A stretch of 64,000 nucleotides of DNA. Source: Macrostomum lignano (lineage: Eukaryota). Where the stretch lies: positions 1 to 64,000 of the forward strand of contig NIVC01001267.1 of the NCBI GenBank assembly GCA_002269645.1, in the 5' to 3' direction. Shown here one piece after another: positions 59,064-64,000 of the stretch. How positions within the stretch are numbered: the first letter of the stretch is position 1; every line of letters starts with the position of its first letter. Below the pieces are notes generated by a model. That model had not been told where the DNA came from. It ran no database searches and saw only the letters and a list, made by a program, of their open reading frames with translations. Made by a program: the position numbers and the translations under genes.

Positions 59064-62000
59064 ATGGGTGATTCAGTAATCACCAGCAACCAGAACCTCG
59101 TCAAGGAGGAACGACAGCAAAAAGACGAACAAGATTCTGCTTCTGCAGTGCAGTCCTTAGTTAGCGTTGGCAACAACAACAATAATAACAACAGCAGTAA
59201 CAATAACAACAACAAGAAGACGGGAACAACAGACTTTAGTGTAGCCGCTCTGCTACCAAGGAATACGAAAGTGTAAGTTTTTTTTAATTCTATTATGTTA
59301 TGATTTGAAATTGAATCTTTTGAATTGAATTGGGCGATCTTCGAAATTAGAAGCTCGAACCTTGAATTGTAATGTTTTATCTTACGCCAGTACAGTCTAT
59401 ATAAGATTAAGATTATGTTCGACAATCACGAGTAATGCTTAAAATTACGGCTCGTAGCAAGTTATAGCCAATAGAAATCTAAATTCTAAGATGGAAAAAA
59501 ACATTTCAATTTCAAGAAATATGTATTGTACAAATGCACTGTGCAGTAAATAGTATTAGTAATAAAAAAGAATCTTAACGAAAGCTTTACAAAAAATTGG
59601 CTTCTTTTCAACCGCCTTCTTTTCAATTGTTCTCATCGCTTCACTGCTCCGATAGTGGGCCCTCGCAACAGTTGCAACTGTTCCAAGTTGGAATGCGCGT
59701 AGATCTATCTATACTCTAGGACTAGAGAAATGGACAGTATAAATCTCTTTTAGCGATGTCATTGTTGCCTTCTGTTCTATTCCAAAAACTAGAAGCAATT
59801 GTTGCTTGCTTTCATATGCTTTCATTTCATACATAGCCTTCGGCTTTCGGCGTTGCCTTTTCAGTCTTCTTTTGAATTCTTTTGCCCAACCCTCCCTATT
59901 CTATACTCTCTCCTCGCCGCTCTTGCAGCAAAAGCATTTTACTTCTTCTTTTTGGTCACTAAATGGCGGGGGCATAGTGGTCCTCGACTCTCAACTTGAG
60001 GCTGAAAATTTAAGTTATATTTTATATAAAATAGCCCCCCATGCACCGTCGCTTCGGCGCCACTTTTTCATCTTTCATTTCATTCTCAGTTTGTTGTTCT
60101 CAAATCTCTTCCAAATCTTCTTCGCCCCCAGGGTCTCGATTCTCGAAGAATCCTTAGAAAAGTTATAACAGCCTCCCCAGCCTTTAGTATGTGTTTTGCT
60201 GCACCTGCAGTTCGCGGCTATTATATAGAAGTTTTTGCGTTTGTGTCTTCTTTCGTTTCGTTTTATCTCATTTCTTTCTCTTTGAGATGGGAGCGCGTAT
60301 AGCTTTCTTTTCTTCGGTCCTCTTGTATTGTGCAATTGTGGCTTGTCCGCTGTTATTGCTTTGCTTTTTCTTCTGCTGCTGGTTAAATGGTTGGCTAATG
60401 GCTTCTATACCTTTTCCCGTATACCATTTTTGTGGAATTCTTTGGGTTGACATAATAAGCCATTTTCAGTGCCATAGGCATAGGAGCACACAAAGATGAA
60501 GGTGCTTTGCCAGAAGCGCGCAAGGAAATCGGGCATGGTGTGTCGCCACAAGGTATAGGGGGACATGCCAACGCTTTATGCCCCCCCCCCCCCCCCGACG
60601 CACCTTGTGATCCGTTATGTAAATTAATAATTTTGCTTTAGGGCGCCAAAATATAGTGCATGCGGCGTCAAAGAGTGCCTGCGGCGCCAAATTGAGTGCC
60701 TGCGGCGCCAAAATGAGTGGCTGCCTGCGGCGCCAAAATGAGTGCCGGCGGCGCCAAAGTGAGTGCCTGCGGCGCCAAAATGAGTGCCTGCCTGCGGCGT
60801 TAAATTGAGTGCCTGCTTGCCTGCGGCGCCAAAATCAGTGCCTGCGGCGCCAAAATGAGTGCCTGCCTGCGGCGCCAAAATGAGTGCCTGCCTGCCTGCG
60901 GCGCCAAAATGAGTGGCTGCCTGCGGCGCCTAACTGAGTGCCTTTGAACTGGATTGAACAATACATATACAATAGTCAAGGTGTGGGTGTTAGTTCAGTA
61001 CAACTCAATGAATGCAAAATAAAATTCTAACTAGAAACTTATTCCTAGTGTCTTGTATCTGCTCTGATGTCTTATAGTTTGCTAGTCCGGTATGGTTCTT
61101 GCGCTCTTGTGGGTGGCAACGTCCTCGGCGAACTTATGTCCAGAATATATGGCGCGCTTATTGCAATTCAAATAGACATGCGCGCCTGCGCCTATTATGC
61201 CTATGTATTTTCCAGCATCAGCGGGGTCCCCTCAATAAAAATAAGAAGTACTCACAGTACTTCTGAGCACTTCTGAGCACATACACAGGATGTACAGCGC
61301 CCCCGACTTTATAATCATTAAGCATGTATTGTAGACTCTGAGTCTCTGCCTTGGGGGCTGCTCTGCCTCTTTTAAAATTCCCTAGCCGAGTGGGAAAGTT
61401 AAGCAGAGATGGCCGCGGTTAGTCTGCAGATGAATAGGCTGCTCCTTTACATTAGCCATAACCCCCCAGATAGGGTTGCGCCCTGCACTGTGCAAGTACA
61501 TGTACAAGCTGTCTGTACACAGGCCTATTTTTTTATACTCGTCCTTAAACAGCTGCCAGTCAACCGGTAAGCACAGCGCTGCAACCATGGAGATCTCAGA
61601 ATCCAGTTTAGCCTGCGGCTCAGGTGAACTACAGCCGGCTGAATTTCAGTTCAATCAATGCCACCTAGCTGGCTCCAGCGAATTGATGGCTCGGCATCGC
61701 GAGAACAACCATCGATCAGGGTCGGATCAGGGAGATCTGGGCGACGCCGAGCTAGGCAGAGGAGACGGCACATCCGGTGAGTTAATCCCGAGTTTATTAT
61801 GCTAATAGACTCGTCTGCGAGTGAGTCATGATTGACAACCCGGATTAAACACGCCTAGATAATTAGCAACACCCATTAACCCCAGGACGATTGACAACCC
61901 CGATGGCCCGATAGACACCTAATAATTGGCATCCCCGATAAACACACCTGAATGATTGACCACTCCGATAAACACACGTGGGTAATTTACAGCCCTGATA

Positions 62001-64000
62001 AATACACCTGGATAATTGACAGCCTCGATAAATACACCTTTGGATGATTCGCATCTCCGATAAACACACCTGAATGATTGACAGCCCTGATAAACACACC
62101 TGGATGATTGACCACCCCTATAAACACACCTGGATAATAGACAGCCCCGATAAACACCTGAATGATTGACCACCCCGATAAACACACCTGATAATTGACC
62201 ACCCCGATAAACACACCTGATAATTGACCACCCCGATAAACACACCTGATGGTTGACAGCCCCGATAAACACACCTGATGACTGACCACCCCGATAAACA
62301 CACCTGATGGTTGACAGCCCCGATAACACACCTGATGATTGACCACCCCGATAAACACACCTGATGGTTGACAGCCCCGATAAACACACCTGATGATTGA
62401 CCACCCCGATAAACACACCTGATGGTTGACAGCCCCGATAAACACACCTGATAATTGACCACCCCGATAAACACACCTGATAATTGACCACCCCGATAAA
62501 CACACCTGATGGTTGACAGCCCCGATAAACACACCTGATGACTGACCACCCCGATAAACACACCTGATGGTTGACAGCCCCGATAAACACACCTGATGAC
62601 TGACCACCCCGATAAACACACCTGATGGTTGACAGCCCCGATAAACACACCTGATGATTGACCACCCCGATAAACACACTTGAATGAATGACTACCCCGA
62701 TAAACACACCTGATGATTGACAGCCCCGATAAACACACCTGATGACTGACCACCCCGATAAACACACCTGATGGTTGACAGCCCCGATAAACACACCTGA
62801 TGATTGACCACCCCGATAAACACACCTGATGATTGACAGCCCCGATAAACACACCTGATGGTTGACAGCCCCGATAAACACACCTGATGATTGACCACCC
62901 CGATAAACACACCTGATGATTGACCACCCCGATAAACACACCTGATGGTTGACAGCCCCGATAAACACACCTGATGGTTGACAGCCCCGATAAACACACC
63001 TGATGATTGACCACCCCGATAAACACACTTAAATGAATGACTACCCCAATTAACACACCTGAATGATTGACCACCCCGAAAAACACGTGCCTGGATGATT
63101 GACCACCCCGATAAACACACCTTGATGATTGATTGACCACCCCGATAAACCCACTTGGATGGTTGACAGTTCCGATAAACACACCTAGATAATTGACAGT
63201 CCCGATAAACACACCTGGAGGATTTGACAGTCCCGATAAACACACCTGGATAATCGACAGTCCCGATAAACACCTGGATGATTTGACGGCCCCGATAAAC
63301 ACACTTAGATAATTGAAGGCTCATACAGCTTTAGGTGATTGACATCTCCAATGAACACGCACCTGTGATTGACAGCCCCCGGAAACTGCCCACCCCGCAG
63401 AAGACGACACATCTTTAGACAACGGTTTCTACCTGGGCGAAGAGGCAGTCGCGGCGGCGTCAGCCGCAGCAGCAACAGCCGCAGCTTCGGGCACGTCTTC
63501 AGCCTCGGCTGGGGTAGCGTACGTCTGCCCGCATTGCGGACTCGCCGCCGGCAGCCTCTCCCTGCTGGAGTCGCACATCCTGACGCATGGCGGCGCCGCT
63601 GCCGCTGCTGCTGCTTCAGCAGAAGAAGACAGCCGCCTCTCAATCGACTGCAGCAGCAGCGTCGGTGGCGGCGGGGGCGGCGTTGGCGGCAGCGGCAGCA
63701 GCCAGCCGTCGTCCAGCCGAAAATACCGGTGCTCGCAGTGCAGCGCCACCTTCAACTGGCACGGCGATCTCAGCCAGCACCTGCAGGCAAGCCACGGCAT
63801 CGATCGAGGCAGCAAGAAGCCGGACAGCCACGGCCTGTACCGCTGCAGTCACTGCTCCTATCAGGCCAAGTACCAGTCCGAGCTGAGCAGGCACAACCGC
63901 CTACACCTGGGCGTGAAGCCGTTCGCCTGCCATTTCTGCGCCTACAACTCCGCTTGGAAAGGCGACTTAAAGCGACACCTGGAGGCGCATCATCGGCGCG
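59064..64000 (+). CDS. C2H2 zinc-finger transcription factor with N-terminal eh1-like motif, 3' end outside the window
   Basis: Exon1 59064-59272 (donor GT|GTAAGT, phase 2), exon2 61553-61776 (donor G|GTGAGT, phase 1), exon3 63401 to >64000; phases match. Exon3 encodes four fingers: CPHC..HILTH, CSQC..HLQASH, CSHC..HNRLH-LGVKPF-ACHFC..HLEAHH. This frame is absent from the ORF track. Confidence 0.82.
60640..60942. repeat. 21-29-bp minisatellite GCGGCGCCAAAATGAGT(GCCT)n in zinc-finger gene intron 1
   Basis: Ten copies of GGCGCCAAA. Confidence 0.92.
61840..63380. repeat. 29-bp minisatellite CCCCGATAAACACACCTGATG(A/G)TTGAC(CA/AG) in zinc-finger gene intron 2
   Basis: Homogeneous core at 62160-63020 with degenerate edges. 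Confidence 0.96.

Noticed and set aside
59700-60500. T-rich/Lys-rich short ORFs in zinc-finger gene intron 1
   Set aside because: No recognisable domain, splice context or codon bias.
61919-63324. Several 210-394 aa minus-strand ORFs
   Set aside because: Frame-shifting translations of the 29-bp intron repeat.

Overview
Eukaryotic (animal) genomic DNA, not prokaryotic. It has GT-AG spliced genes, replication-type histone stem-loops, TTAGGG-type repeats and minisatellite-filled introns. A flatworm such as Macrostomum is plausible, but that is inference only. Left to right: (1) a divergent H2B/H2A histone pair, each copy frameshifted. (2) A 4-21 kb cluster of AIG1/GIMAP-family GTPases: four intact two-exon genes, two open but degenerate copies and one orphan C-terminal remnant. 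It is interleaved with a 17-bp minisatellite, SINEs, a truncated LINE ORF1 and a broken Tc1/IS630-type transposase. (3) A 21.6-37.5 kb gene-free stretch of MITEs, nested TIR elements, Helentron/DINE-like repeats and minisatellites. (4) A complete 10-exon THOC2 gene (38131-51514, about 1424 aa) in which each of the nine introns carries its own tandem repeat. (5) More minisatellites. (6) The 5' part of a C2H2 zinc-finger gene with an eh1-like motif, running off the right end. The strongest candidates for new biology are the GIMAP cluster (Ser-substituted P-loop, intact/impaired pairing, minisatellite-bounded turnover) and the intron-private minisatellites loaded with splice-site decoys.
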